Shown in pieces: positions 30,655-39,400 of a DNA stretch of 64,000 nucleotides. Location of the stretch: NCBI GenBank assembly GCA_963727775.1, contig CAVSHB010000001.1, positions 1,120,001 through 1,184,000 on the forward strand. The letters run 5' to 3'. How positions within the stretch are numbered: the stretch's first letter is position 1; each line of letters begins with the position of its first letter. Source of the DNA: an uncultured Nitrospiraceae bacterium (GTDB lineage Bacteria > Nitrospirota > Thermodesulfovibrionia > Thermodesulfovibrionales > SM23-35). The position numbers were made by a program, and so were the translations under genes. The notes beneath the pieces were generated by a model. It had not been told where the DNA came from and did not search any database. It saw only the letters and a list, made by a program, of their open reading frames with translations.

Positions 30655-31989
30655 CTATCCCTCCAAAAAAGGATTATACTTAACCGATCCCGTTTCTTTA
30701 GAAATGAAATTGTATGTTTTTTTTAGCAAATCTAACCCATTCGAGCCTAATGAGTCGGGCAAGCAAACTGGTTGAAGGTGATTATAATGATCATAATTAT
30801 TATCTATTATTTTCACACCTACTTTATTTGTATTCTCATAAAGTTTTGTTCCACGATGGGGGGTAAAAAAACCTAATAGGGGAATAATATTGGGAAAGGA
30901 GCAAAGTTTAATGATAAATAAAGCCTTGCTATCGAGGCTTTCAAGTGTTTCGCCAGGAGTTCCTAAAATAAAATTCAGATTAATTCTAAATCCCAAATCT
31001 GTTGCATGTTCCAAAATATTGTCAATGTTCTCTAGAGCATGTAAGATACCAAATTTATTCAATGTCTTCAATTGTTGAGCATCGTTCGATTCAATTCCGA
31101 AACTCAATTCTCTGAAGCCTGCTTTATGCATAACTTCAAGATATTCATAATCGATCAAATCAATTCTTGTTTTACCTCCAAAATTAACCGGGAATTTCTC
31201 ATGTGATAAAGCTTCACAAAGTTTTTTAAAATAGACTTTATCAAGAGATAATGTGTCATCTCCAAATGAGATTTGTGATGGCGAAAATAGATTTACAATT
31301 GTTTCAATTTCTTTTAATACACGTTCACTCGAACATTTCCGATGTTTTTGCCCCCAGTGTGAATTGAGAGTACAAAAGTCACAACTATAACTGCATCCCC
31401 TGCTTGCAAAAACATAATAACGAGTCTCGTATTTTTTATATATGTTGATAGGGATTCTATCATATAACGTTTGGGGTAGATCATTTAGGTCTTGAATAAG
31501 ATCTCTGTGAGGATTTGATATGATATTTCCATTACTTCTGAAAGATATGCCTTTGACTGTCTCGTAGTTGTTACCTGTTTTTATTTTTTTTAATACTTCA
31601 ACAAAAGATCGTTCTCCTTCTCCTCTAAAAACAATGTCAATAAACTGAAAGTTCTTTAATACCCACTGATCATTAGCTGCTGGGAAAAGGCCGCCAAGCA
31701 TAGTAATACAACTTTTTTCTTTGAAAAATTTTAAAATATTTAAAGCATTGTTAAAGTTACATGAAACTGCTGTACTGAGAACTATGTCAGGTCTATATTT
31801 GTTGAAAATTGAGTCAAATGAATTACTTGTTCTTTCAACATGATCTATTTCTAACGAATGGTAAAAAAAGTCAACGTCGTCTAAGCGAGGTTTAGCGTAG
31901 GAATAAAGCGCTAAAAAAGTCATTGGTAAGGACATGTTTATCCTTACAGGATTGTTAACCCTTGGTTCTACGAAAAGTACTTTTATCAT
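30655..31989 (-). CDS. B12-binding-domain radical SAM protein
   Basis: SRGCSYSCDFC (CxxxCxxC); N-terminal cobalamin-binding-like domain (MLGG...DIVFRGEGE); SFGIES, FILGTPGET. Confidence 0.92.
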   Translation of the reverse strand: MIKVLFVEPRVNNPVRINMSLPMTFLALYSYAKPRLDDVDFFYHSLEIDHVERTSNSFDSIFNKYRPDIVLSTAVSCNFNNALNILKFFKEKSCITMLGGLFPAANDQWVLKNFQFIDIVFRGEGERSFVEVLKKIKTGNNYETVKGISFRSNGNIISNPHRDLIQDLNDLPQTLYDRIPINIYKKYETRYYVFASRGCSYSCDFCTLNSHWGQKHRKCSSERVLKEIETIVNLFSPSQISFGDDTLSLDKVYFKKLCEALSHEKFPVNFGGKTRIDLIDYEYLEVMHKAGFRELSFGIESNDAQQLKTLNKFGILHALENIDNILEHATDLGFRINLNFILGTPGETLESLDSKALFIIKLCSFPNIIPLLGFFTPHRGTKLYENTNKVGVKIIDNNYDHYNHLQPVCLPDSLGSNGLDLLKKTYNFISKETGSVKYNPFLEG

Positions 31990-32330
31990 TCATTCCTTAA
32001 TGATGGTGCGATTTTGTTATACGAACACTAACTTCACTTTTTGTTCGGATTTGTGATGCTATCCGAATCCGTTTGGGATGTTTCCCTATATAGATTCCTG
32101 TTTGTAATCTACAATATTTTGGAACTTTTGGGAAGTGCGACATTCAGGAAGTAGCACCCGCATTTTTACTGTAGCAAAAAATGTAGCAGAATTGTAGCAG
32201 AAGGCATCCCAATTTTACATAATATCCCGAATATACCTGAAAGAACATAATATAAAATTAGTCCATATAATCAGTAAGTTAAGCTAAAACCCAAGCCAGA
32301 AGCCAACCATCTAAAATGTGCCAAAAAACA

Positions 32331-32379
32331 ATTTTAAGTCCCTTGCGTCTACCAATTCCGCCACTTCGGCACAGTTGAT
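32331..32379 (-). repeat. att site: duplicated 5' 40 nt of tRNA-Leu plus 9 nt of leader
   Basis: Identical to 25731-25779; identity ends just past the anticodon loop. Confidence 0.92.
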
Positions 32380-32407
32380 TTTAAACGATTGTCCGTTGTT
32401 TGGTCAA
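32378..32407 (-). promoter_or_regulatory. Original host tRNA-Leu promoter, now pointing into the element
   Basis: TTGACC-N18-TAAAAT, 7 nt before the tRNA fragment. Confidence 0.65.
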
Positions 32408-32413
32408 ACCTGG

Positions 32414-32701
32414 TTACGGTTTTCTGAATAAATCCTCTAACCGTTGTTTTATTTTTTCCTTTTCTTTTGCGGGTGCAAAGGTTGCCGATTCTCTGAAAGT
32501 GAAATAATCACAGAAATTTGCTCTGTCCCTTGCTCTCTGAAATTCGGCCTTTGGTTCGATGCATTTATTATGGCTTGTTTCTGAGTAAAACGTGCAGTTA
32601 AGGCAGATGTGGAGGTCACCCCCGCACTCCAGGCACGTCGACTTTCTTGAAAAATATTTGTCTACTGCAACTTCTTTCCCGCATAAAGCGCATACCATCA
32701 T
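32414..32701 (-). CDS. Cys-rich conserved hypothetical protein
   Basis: CxxC x3, then C and NFCDYF; GGAGG RBS. Confidence 0.8.
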   Translation of the reverse strand: MMVCALCGKEVAVDKYFSRKSTCLECGGDLHICLNCTFYSETSHNKCIEPKAEFQRARDRANFCDYFTFRESATFAPAKEKEKIKQRLEDLFRKP

Positions 32702-32761
32702 GTTAACCTCCGGGATAGCATGAGAGGCTTGGTCTCATATTTTAATTAAGATGGAGACGGT

Positions 32762-33046
32762 CTATTTAATCTTTTTTATGAAATCTTCAATAGGCAACGC
32801 TGCAAGACTGAGAAGCTGCACCGAGCCTCTTGCCCCGAGATCAACGGACATCTTCAGCATAGCGGCATTATCTTCGGCTTCAACGATATTTACGAAATCA
32901 TATGGTCCGAGCACTGCAAACTGTTCCCTTACCTTAACCCCCATCTTGGCAAGTTCCTTGTTGACTTCGAGTATCCTTTTCGGATTCTCCTTGATTGTCT
33001 TTCTCCCTTCATCTGTGAGCTTGCTTAGTACCACGTATACTGCCAT
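32762..33046 (-). CDS. GYD domain protein
   Basis: LTDEGRKTIK, LGPYDFVNIVEA. Confidence 0.88.
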   Translation of the reverse strand: MAVYVVLSKLTDEGRKTIKENPKRILEVNKELAKMGVKVREQFAVLGPYDFVNIVEAEDNAAMLKMSVDLGARGSVQLLSLAALPIEDFIKKIK

Positions 33047-33226
33047 TTTTCCCTCCTTGAATTATTGATTTAAGTTTAATAATTACTACTCCAATAGTAT
33101 TATATTGTAGGGATAAAGTCCAATTTCGTTTAGTCCAATGGACTTGTCAATTATGAGCAGTTCCGTGAATAGAAAATGTCGTTATGAATTTGACATTTCT
33201 TCCCTGTCTTTGATTAAATTAAATGC

Positions 33227-34057
33227 ATGTGGGAATATACCGAAAAAGTAAAAGAGTTTTTTCTGAAGCCCAAGAACATCGGGGAAATAGAGAACCCCGA
33301 CGCGGTCGGAGAGGTCGGTAGTATCATCTGCGGCGATGCTTTGAGGCTGACCTTAAAGATAGATAAAGAGACAAATAAAATTGTTGACGCCAAGTTTCAG
33401 ACATTCGGATGCGCGAGCGCAATCGCAAGCTCATCTGCGATGACCGAGATTATTAAAGGGAAAACTTTGGATGAGGCTATGCAGATAACAAATCAGGACA
33501 TTGCGGAATTTCTCGGAGGTCTGCCTCAGGAAAAAATGCACTGCTCTGTTATGGGGCAAGAGGCCCTTGAGGCTGCTATCGGCAATTACAGAGGTATTCC
33601 GGTAGTGGTAGAAGAAGAGGGGAGGGTTGTATGTAAATGTTTTAATGTTACTGAAGAGAAGATAAGGAAGGTCGCAATTGAGAACCATCTTACAACAGTC
33701 GATGAGATTACGGATTATACAAAAGCGGGCGGCGGATGCGGTGAATGCAGAAGCGAGATTGAGTCTATCCTAAGTGACATATGGTCTCTGAAAGCGCCTG
33801 AAAAACCTGCGAAACCAAAGAAGCTTACAAACCTTCAGAAGATAGCGCTCATACAGGAAGTCATTGAGAGGGAAATAAGGCCCGGACTGCAGGCAGACGG
33901 CGGGGATATCGAGCTTATCGATATAGACGGGAATAAGGTCGTTATAGCCCTGCGCGGAATGTGTACAGGCTGTGTCATGGCCGATGTGACGGTCAAAGGC
34001 GTTGAGGAAAAACTCAGGGAATTGGTGAGTGAAGAAATAGTTGTGGAAACTCAATGA
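33227..34057 (+). CDS. nifU: Fe-S cluster assembly protein NifU
   Basis: IscU-like domain (CGD, FGCASA, KMHCS), BFD-like CKC...CGEC, C-terminal NifU domain GMCTGC. Confidence 0.95.
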   Translation: MWEYTEKVKEFFLKPKNIGEIENPDAVGEVGSIICGDALRLTLKIDKETNKIVDAKFQTFGCASAIASSSAMTEIIKGKTLDEAMQITNQDIAEFLGGLPQEKMHCSVMGQEALEAAIGNYRGIPVVVEEEGRVVCKCFNVTEEKIRKVAIENHLTTVDEITDYTKAGGGCGECRSEIESILSDIWSLKAPEKPAKPKKLTNLQKIALIQEVIEREIRPGLQADGGDIELIDIDGNKVVIALRGMCTGCVMADVTVKGVEEKLRELVSEEIVVETQ

Positions 34058-35238
34058 ATACAATATACCTTGACAATAACGCAACTACGGCTGTTGCCCC
34101 GGAAGTCTTCGAAGTAATGCTTCCATATCTGAAAGACCTCTATGGCAACCCTTCGAGCATGCATACCTTTGGCGGTCAGCTGCATAGAAAGGTTGAAGAG
34201 GCGCGGGCCAGGGTTGCAGATCTTATAGGTGCAGATCCTGAAGAGATAATATTCACAAGCTGCGGTACGGAAAGCGATAATACGGCTATAATGAGTGCTG
34301 TCGAGTCTCTGCCGAATAAAAAACATATTGTTACGACGCGGGTTGAGCACCCGGCAGTTTTAAATTTTTGCAAACATCTTGCAAGAAAAGGGTTCAGGGC
34401 TACATTCCTTCCTGTGAATAATAGCGGTCAGATCAATATAAGCGAATTCTTAAAGGCAATTGATGATGAGACTGGGGTTGTAAGCATCATGTATGCGAAC
34501 AATGAGACGGGAAACATCTTTCCTGTTACGGAAATAGCCGAAATCCTCAAAGAAAGACGGATTTTGTTTCATACGGACGCTGTCCAGGCTGTCGGGAAAA
34601 TACCTATCGATTTGAAGAAACTGCCTGTCGAGATGCTCTCCTTATCAGGCCATAAACTCCATGCGCCCAAAGGGGTAGGCGCTTTATACGTGAGGAAAGG
34701 GACAAGGTTTTTTCCTTACATAATAGGAGGCCATCAGGAGAGGGGAAGAAGGGCAGGCACTGAAAATGTCGCGTCGATCATCGGGCTTGGAAAAGCGTGC
34801 GAGCTTGCAAAGCAGAACCTTAATGAAGAAGTTTCTTATTTGAGTAAGTTACGCGATAAGCTTGAACTATCGCTTTTGAATTGTTGCCCGGATGTTAGGG
34901 TAAATGGAGATGCAAGCAGCAGATTGCCCAATACAACCAACATCAGTTTTGAATATGTTGAGGGAGAAGCCATACTTCTAAGACTGAACGAATACGGAAT
35001 ATGCGCCTCCTCGGGCTCGGCCTGCACATCAGGATCGCTGGAGCCTTCTCATGTATTGAGGGCCATGGGAGTGCCTTTTACGGCTATCCACGGTTCGATC
35101 AGGTTTTCTTTAAGCAGGTACAACACAGAAGCCGAGATGGACAAGGTAATAGAAATTATGCCCGGGATTATAAAGACTTTAAGAGACCTCTCTCCGTTTG
35201 GACGGGAAAAATTACTGCAGAATATTAAATGTACTTAA
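34054..35238 (+). CDS. nifS: Cysteine desulfurase NifS
   Basis: YLDNNATT, SGHKLH, SSGSACTSG. Confidence 0.95.
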   Translation: MNTIYLDNNATTAVAPEVFEVMLPYLKDLYGNPSSMHTFGGQLHRKVEEARARVADLIGADPEEIIFTSCGTESDNTAIMSAVESLPNKKHIVTTRVEHPAVLNFCKHLARKGFRATFLPVNNSGQINISEFLKAIDDETGVVSIMYANNETGNIFPVTEIAEILKERRILFHTDAVQAVGKIPIDLKKLPVEMLSLSGHKLHAPKGVGALYVRKGTRFFPYIIGGHQERGRRAGTENVASIIGLGKACELAKQNLNEEVSYLSKLRDKLELSLLNCCPDVRVNGDASSRLPNTTNISFEYVEGEAILLRLNEYGICASSGSACTSGSLEPSHVLRAMGVPFTAIHGSIRFSLSRYNTEAEMDKVIEIMPGIIKTLRDLSPFGREKLLQNIKCT

Positions 35239-36059
35239 AACTTCTTGAAATTACGACTGATACTGTTTGGATAAGCCCTGCCTAAAGGCCTGAAAAAAGA
35301 TGCGTTTAGTTCTCTCCTAAGAAATCCCCTGGAAATAGTTCCGCTTGGGTTTACCTTTACAACTTCAGATTTTCCCCAGTTCTGAAACAGGTCAATGATC
35401 TTATCGAGCGATTCCTGGTGCAACTTTTCTATGGCTCCTCTCATCGGCAATGAAGTGACAAGATTGCGGTCTATAAAATCGCCTATCCTTTCCCTGTTTA
35501 ATAGAGACAGAAACACCACACTTTTTAATATCCTCTTGTTTGTTTTAAAAGAGAAGACAAAACTCTCAAGAAAGTTTTCGAGGAAGATATCATTTCTTGT
35601 CTGTATCTTTCTTTCGATCTCTACAGCCTGAAGCCAGTATTTTTTGTCGATAATACAATCGGCTTTTAATTCAAGCAATGTATGCCCGATGTTCTTTTTG
35701 TCCACGGTATAAGTATTGTGGGCGACTGTGTCTGCTGCAAGATGGCTCATATATCCATATACAAATGCCTTCTGCTGTCTCGTTTCGGCTGCCCTTAAAA
35801 GCTCGAAGGCAAAGTCCCAGTTGTGCGAGTTTTTATCTTCGGGCAGGTATTTCTTTCCTACGATAATATCCGCCATGAGATTACCATATATAAAATCTTT
35901 CTTATACCGTCTGATGACTTCGAATAAGCCTGCGGGCAGCAGTGAAGCAAGTGAAAATAACTCATTAGCAAGATAAGTATGTGTTAACGGCCCCCATGCG
36001 AACGCCAATGCCGGCATTAATAAAAAAGATATAATTATAAGCAACTTAAATATTTTCAT
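35235..36059 (-). CDS. Zinc-dependent phospholipase C family protein
   Basis: AWGPLTH, GYMSHLAADTVAH, H...E motifs. Confidence 0.8.
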   Translation of the reverse strand: MKIFKLLIIISFLLMPALAFAWGPLTHTYLANELFSLASLLPAGLFEVIRRYKKDFIYGNLMADIIVGKKYLPEDKNSHNWDFAFELLRAAETRQQKAFVYGYMSHLAADTVAHNTYTVDKKNIGHTLLELKADCIIDKKYWLQAVEIERKIQTRNDIFLENFLESFVFSFKTNKRILKSVVFLSLLNRERIGDFIDRNLVTSLPMRGAIEKLHQESLDKIIDLFQNWGKSEVVKVNPSGTISRGFLRRELNASFFRPLGRAYPNSISRNFKKF

Positions 36060-37503
36060 TTAACCTCTTTATTAAATTTAAAATAAGCCTCACGCCGATG
36101 CCTGAAGCGCCCTTGGGCATATAGGGCTTCTCTTTGTCTGTCCACGCGGTCCCGGCTATATCAAGATGGACCCAGGGAACATCTCCCGCAAATTCACGCA
36201 GAAAGTATGCTGATGATACCAAAGAACCGCTTTTGCCTCCTGTGTTCTTGAGATCAGCGATATCGCTCTTTAAATATTCCTTATATTCTTCAAATAACGG
36301 CATCTCCCATACCCTTTCATGTATATTATCGCCTGATTCTTTAAATTTAGCAAGCAATTCCCTGTCATTACCCATCATGGCTATCGCCCCGTTCCCAAAA
36401 GCTATAGAACACGCGCCTGTCAGCGTTGCTATATCAATAATTGCCCTTGGCTTAAAACGTTCTGCATAGCCGAGCGCGTCTGCCAAAGTCATACGTCCTT
36501 CGGCATCCGTACTGATTATTTCAATAGTCTTCCCATTTATCGCCCTGACAACATCCCCGGGTCTTGTGGCAGATCCCCCAATGAGATTTTCCGTTGCAGG
36601 CAATATGCCGACGAGGTTGACCGGGACTTTCAATTCAGAGACGGCTTTCATCACCCCAAGGACGGCAGCGCCGCCTGCCATATCATATTTCATCTTTTCC
36701 ATGCCGTCAGACGGTTTTATTGATAAGCCCCCGCTGTCAAAAGTGACCGATTTCCCTATCAGCACCAACGGCGGTCCTTTTGAACCATTGTAATGAAGAA
36801 CGATAAATTTCGGCGGCGTGTCCGAACCATGAGAGACCGACAGGTAAGACCCCATGCCGAGTCTCCGCGCATCTTTGTTTTCCAGAACTTTTACAGAAAG
36901 GTCCTTACGTTTGAGAGATACGGCAGCGCTTGCAAGATGTGACGGAGTCATGTCATTTGCCGGGGTGTTTATCAAATCCCTCGCAAAATTGACTGCAAAT
37001 GCCGCTGCTTTGGTCCACCGCAGATTATCTTCAAGTGCCCTTGATGGTCTTGAAAGGATTATGATTTTCTCAATTTCCTTACGGTCTTTATCAGTGACAT
37101 ATTTGGTGAACTTATATAGCCCCAGCAGACTCCCTTCAATAAAATCCGCCGGGGACATCTTGAGTGATTCCAGGACATGGGTGGACAATGCAGCTTTTCT
37201 CATGCCCATGTCTCTCAGATATGTTCCGGCTTTACCCCCGGCCTGTCTTACCTTCTCTGCCGAAATAATGTCTTTTTTACCAAGCCCGATGAGCAGCAGC
37301 CTTTCCGGTGCTATGTCCTCGGGTGCGGGGATTAGGAAGGCCTCATTTTGTTTGCCGTGGAACTCTTTCGAAAATACTTTATTGATCAGTTTTGAAACGG
37401 AAGGGAGATCATTGTAAAGCCCTGGACACCCTTCTGTAAAAGGCAGAATTAAGGCCTGGCAGGCGCAATCCGCCGGTTTGATGTTCTTTATAGATAAATT
37501 CAT
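36046..37503 (-). CDS. pepA: Leucyl aminopeptidase (M17)
   Basis: GKSVTFDSGG, MKYDMAG, TDAEGR. Confidence 0.95.
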   Translation of the reverse strand: MNLSIKNIKPADCACQALILPFTEGCPGLYNDLPSVSKLINKVFSKEFHGKQNEAFLIPAPEDIAPERLLLIGLGKKDIISAEKVRQAGGKAGTYLRDMGMRKAALSTHVLESLKMSPADFIEGSLLGLYKFTKYVTDKDRKEIEKIIILSRPSRALEDNLRWTKAAAFAVNFARDLINTPANDMTPSHLASAAVSLKRKDLSVKVLENKDARRLGMGSYLSVSHGSDTPPKFIVLHYNGSKGPPLVLIGKSVTFDSGGLSIKPSDGMEKMKYDMAGGAAVLGVMKAVSELKVPVNLVGILPATENLIGGSATRPGDVVRAINGKTIEIISTDAEGRMTLADALGYAERFKPRAIIDIATLTGACSIAFGNGAIAMMGNDRELLAKFKESGDNIHERVWEMPLFEEYKEYLKSDIADLKNTGGKSGSLVSSAYFLREFAGDVPWVHLDIAGTAWTDKEKPYMPKGASGIGVRLILNLIKRLNENI

Positions 37504-37608
37504 TATTTCAAAAAACTTACTTTAAGTTTAGCTGATCTCCTGGGAAATATCTACGATATATAGGATAAAGCCGATTGACAGAAATATTTATTTAAGCAAT
37601 TATTTATT

Positions 37609-38769
37609 ATGTTTCCTGAATCGGGCACATTTTTTACAAATGAAACGATAGAAAAGTTATACGGGGTCCCTTTTACGGACGGCAATAAGGTGACCATTTT
37701 ATGGAAAAGTAAAGAACTTTTCCATACCATATTTGATTTTGTGAGAGGGGCGAAAGAATTAATATGTCTTGAATTTTATATATTCCGTAATGACGATACA
37801 GGAAATGAACTGGCGGAAATCCTTAAACGGAAGGCACTGGAAGGCGTAAAGGTTTATATCCTGTATGACCAGTTCGGTTCGATCGGGACTCCTGTAAAGT
37901 TCTGGAGAAGCCTGAGACAGGCAGGGGTCCGGATAAGGGCCTCACATCCTTTTAAGTGGACTTCGCCTTTTCATTATGCCTATCGGGACCATAAGAAACT
38001 GATAATAATTGACGGCGTCAAAGCCTTCACCGGCGGGCTTAACATCGCAAATGAATACAGGGGATACCACAGGTTCCATAAGATTAAGGGGTGGAGGGAC
38101 ACCGGCATATTTCTTGAAGGGCCGATAGCGAAAACATTGCTCGATATATTCAGAAAAAGCTGGGAGATCTGGAAAGGCGATCCGATTTCCTTCGACAAGA
38201 ATGTAGAGCAGATACAGAAAGGCCTTCCGGTCCTGCCGATATTTGCGAGTTCGTCTAGAGGAAGGAGGAAGATGAGGAAGCTTCTTTATTACAGCATCAA
38301 TCACGCCCAAAGAAGTATCTATCTGACGACTGCCTACTTTACTCCGAGCAGAAGGATGCTTCATGTACTTGAGGCCGCTGTTTTGAGAGGAGTGAGAGTG
38401 AAGCTTCTTTTGCCGGGGAAAACAGATGTTCAGGCGGCCTATTATGCGGCGAGGGCTTCTTTTACAAAGCTCCTGAAGGCGGGAGTTTTTATATATAATT
38501 ATAACGGTGAGATACTACATGCAAAGACTTCCGTGTTTGATGAAGTCTGGAGTATAATCGGTTCTGCAAACCTCGATTTCCAGTCATTGAGGAGAAACGA
38601 TGAGGGCAATGTGGGAATAATGAATGAAGGTTTTGCCGGGCAGATGATCGATATATTTCATGATGACCTGGTACAGTCCTCAAGGATAATGCCCGAGGCG
38701 TGGCGTCAAAGACCATTTTTTGAAAAGGTCAAGGAAAGATTTTTTTCGTTATTCAGAAGAAGACTATAA
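37609..38769 (+). CDS. Cardiolipin synthase / PLD family (ClsB-like)
   Basis: Two HKD motifs (HKKLIIID, HAKTSVFD). Confidence 0.9.
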   Translation: MFPESGTFFTNETIEKLYGVPFTDGNKVTILWKSKELFHTIFDFVRGAKELICLEFYIFRNDDTGNELAEILKRKALEGVKVYILYDQFGSIGTPVKFWRSLRQAGVRIRASHPFKWTSPFHYAYRDHKKLIIIDGVKAFTGGLNIANEYRGYHRFHKIKGWRDTGIFLEGPIAKTLLDIFRKSWEIWKGDPISFDKNVEQIQKGLPVLPIFASSSRGRRKMRKLLYYSINHAQRSIYLTTAYFTPSRRMLHVLEAAVLRGVRVKLLLPGKTDVQAAYYAARASFTKLLKAGVFIYNYNGEILHAKTSVFDEVWSIIGSANLDFQSLRRNDEGNVGIMNEGFAGQMIDIFHDDLVQSSRIMPEAWRQRPFFEKVKERFFSLFRRRL

Positions 38770-38895
38770 ACAGACTTCACATAATTTCAGGAAAGCATTT
38801 CAGCTGGATATTTTTTCTGCCTGCAACTGTCTTTAGCCTATCTTTTTTTGAAACGCCGCCGCATGCTCCATCTATGCAGTTAGATGGTTTTTTTC

Positions 38896-39369
38896 TTACT
38901 TTAGGGTTTTCGGCCTGTCCCTTTTTGCATTGACTATGCAAAAGAAACCGAAGGGTTCTTTATAGGGATTTCTTAACTGGTGCGGAGCGCAGGGTTCTAT
39001 ATAAAGCGTATCAAGAAACCCTATCCTGTATCTCTTTTTGTTGACGACGCATTCGCCTTTTCCATTGATCCCGATAACAACGTGCTCATGCTTATGCATC
39101 TCGAAACTGCTGTAACCCGCGGCGGCAATTTCAAAATATCTGAGGTGAAATTTGGGTGTTTCTCCGCAATTACCGATTAATGTCTGTCTTGCAATATCAG
39201 ACCAGTCAAACCCTGTTCGTTTATATCTCTCGGTTTTAATGCCTTTCCATCTGAAGCCGCCTTTGTATTTATAAAGCCTGCTCTTATTTTCTTTCGCTGT
39301 TCCTTTTTCTTCAGAAGGCTTCTTTTGCCAATCACATGATACCGGAGTTATTTTTTTCTTTTTAATCAT
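38896..39369 (-). CDS. Cupin domain protein
   Basis: HKHEH...PHQL metal motif. Confidence 0.85.
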   Translation of the reverse strand: MIKKKKITPVSCDWQKKPSEEKGTAKENKSRLYKYKGGFRWKGIKTERYKRTGFDWSDIARQTLIGNCGETPKFHLRYFEIAAAGYSSFEMHKHEHVVIGINGKGECVVNKKRYRIGFLDTLYIEPCAPHQLRNPYKEPFGFFCIVNAKRDRPKTLK

Positions 39370-39400
39370 TTTGAATAATGTTTAACATTTTGAACAGGGC

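Larger units (their letters stand above)
25731..32379 (-). mobile_element. 6.6-kb integrative element (integrase, excisionase, rolling-circle Rep, cargo) at tRNA-Leu
   Basis: 49-bp perfect direct repeat at 25731-25779 and 32331-32379; int/xis/rep genes; AT-rich cargo. Confidence 0.92.

Noticed and set aside
30655..31989. Radical SAM cargo as a prokaryotic viperin
   Set aside because: It has an N-terminal B12-binding-like domain and class B-type motifs, unlike viperins
33227..35238. nifU/nifS as evidence of nitrogen fixation
   Set aside because: NIF-type Fe-S assembly is a housekeeping system in many anaerobes; no nifHDK here
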